Of a DNA stretch of 64,000 nucleotides, positions 62,829-64,000 are shown one piece after another; position 1 is the first letter of the stretch, and every line of letters starts with the position of its first letter. The notes under the pieces were generated by a model. It worked only from the letters and a program-made list of their open reading frames with translations. It had not been told where the DNA came from and ran no database searches. Both the position numbers and the translations under genes were made by a program. The stretch spans positions 1-64,000 of the forward strand of contig JAUCBJ010003949.1 in NCBI GenBank assembly GCA_032718475.1, read 5' to 3'. The stretch comes from Nemertoderma westbladi. Its lineage: Eukaryota > Animalia > Xenacoelomorpha.

Positions 62829-63053
62829 ATTTGAAAATATAGCAATGTATAATGGAGTTACCAGGAAACAGTAGACAACATATACTGTGAGGATGGTGTT
62901 TGCTAGTTTTTTCCCTTTTTTCATAGCTGATACAGCAGCACTTCCTCCTGATTCAACAATTTTCTTTTGATGTTTTGAAAAGAAATTCATAATTCCATAG
63001 TAGAACATTGGTGTTAATAGGATTGGTAGAATTGTAATGATGCAGTAATAAAT
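62829..63053 (-). CDS. Rhodopsin-family GPCR exon (TM5, ICL3, TM6)
   Basis: TTACTAG acceptor; IYYCIITILPILLTPMFYYGIM...KKGKKLANTILTVYVVYCFLVTPLYIAIFSN; GTAAGT donor; 225 nt, phase 0. Confidence 0.8.
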
Positions 63054-63748
63054 CTAGTAAAATACAAATTTATAAAATAAAAATATTAAATTAAATTTTA
63101 AATTTAAATTTAATAATCGTCCGGTTAGTGTTGTAAAAGCTCTTGCGACTTAAAATGCACATTTAACTGCCGCCAAGCTCTGTCCCCTACTCCACACGCC
63201 CCAACGTGTCTGGTTGCAGTATACACCTAAAGTAATCAACCAATAAAAGCTATTTGTCACCTAAATCTAAATTCGCAACCCCTTTATGAAAAGGTAAACA
63301 AAGCTGGATGGCAGCTTTTAATTGGTAGTTGACAGGTAAAGCCATGACGTCATTATTTCCAGGAAAATGTTAGCTGTAATTCATTTTGCTGTTTTGCTGA
63401 TGCTTTGCCTAATAACATTGTGGCAGGGCTCTAAAATCCTAGTCAAATATTTTGGCTTAAAACTGAATATAATCTTGATTCACTGATTATTGCTGTGCTT
63501 GTATTGTTAAACTCTTTTGCGGCAAAAATGTGTCGTTTTTGTGCAATACGCGAACTACTCTAAAACTGGCATTATCTCTAGGGATTAGAGAACGTATAAA
63601 ACTTATGCCCTCTAGCGTTTATTTTGGTACAGAGCTGTAGTGACGAAATCACCAGCCATTGGGCTATGGCATACTTTTAGTATTTTTATTCGACATTTTA
63701 ATTCCCCTTGATATTCTTCTGAATTTAGTCCCGAGATAAATGATTATA

Positions 63749-63990
63749 CTTGCGAGAAAATTATTAAACTCGCGAGAAAATTATTAAACTCGCGAGAAAA
63801 TAATTAAACTCGCGAGAAAAATGATTAAACTCGCGAGACAATTATAAATCTCGCGAGATAAATGATTAAACTCGCGAAAAAATAATTAATTTCGCGAGAT
63901 TAATGATTAATCTCGCGAGATAAATTATTAAACTCGCAAGAAATTAATTAATCTCGCGAGATAAATGATTAAACTCGCGAGAAATAAAAT
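63749..63990. repeat. 20-22-bp tandem repeat centred on the palindrome CTCGCGAG
   Basis: ATTAAACTCGCGAGAAA-type units, about 11 copies. Confidence 0.9.
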
Positions 63991-64000
63991 AATTGTACGC

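Overview
AT-rich, repeat-dense eukaryotic (metazoan invertebrate-type) genomic DNA with spliceosomal introns. Host genes: the last six exons of a STAT5-like STAT (+, 27912-30771), the last three exons of a rhodopsin-family GPCR (-, 60062-63053), an intronless fibrinogen-domain type II membrane pseudogene (-, about 51035-51783) and an unrecognised 289-aa ORF (-, 46670-47539). Mobile DNA: an internally deleted BEL/Pao LTR element (1-9123) with a decayed extra ORF of unknown function, inserted into ORF1 of a deleted CR1/L2/Crack-type LINE; a tandem dimer of a 3-kb non-coding element with a 7-bp repeat at all three junctions; three near-identical copies of a young RTE LINE; older RTE fragments; hAT-like, Ginger-like and foldback elements. 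Satellites: an 11-kb 33-bp array (the source of the spurious giant ORFs) and a 2.2-kb 41/43-bp array. The most notable observation is a 586-bp insertion (57269-57854) with a 12-bp TSD, whose empty site is visible elsewhere in the window. It carries about 1.5 tandem copies of a roughly 347-nt unit in which a type I hammerhead ribozyme sits between tRNA-like Pol III A and B boxes within a long hairpin. A similarly built tRNA-in-hairpin insertion without a ribozyme lies at 48378-48611. All calls were made by eye, without database searches or folding software.
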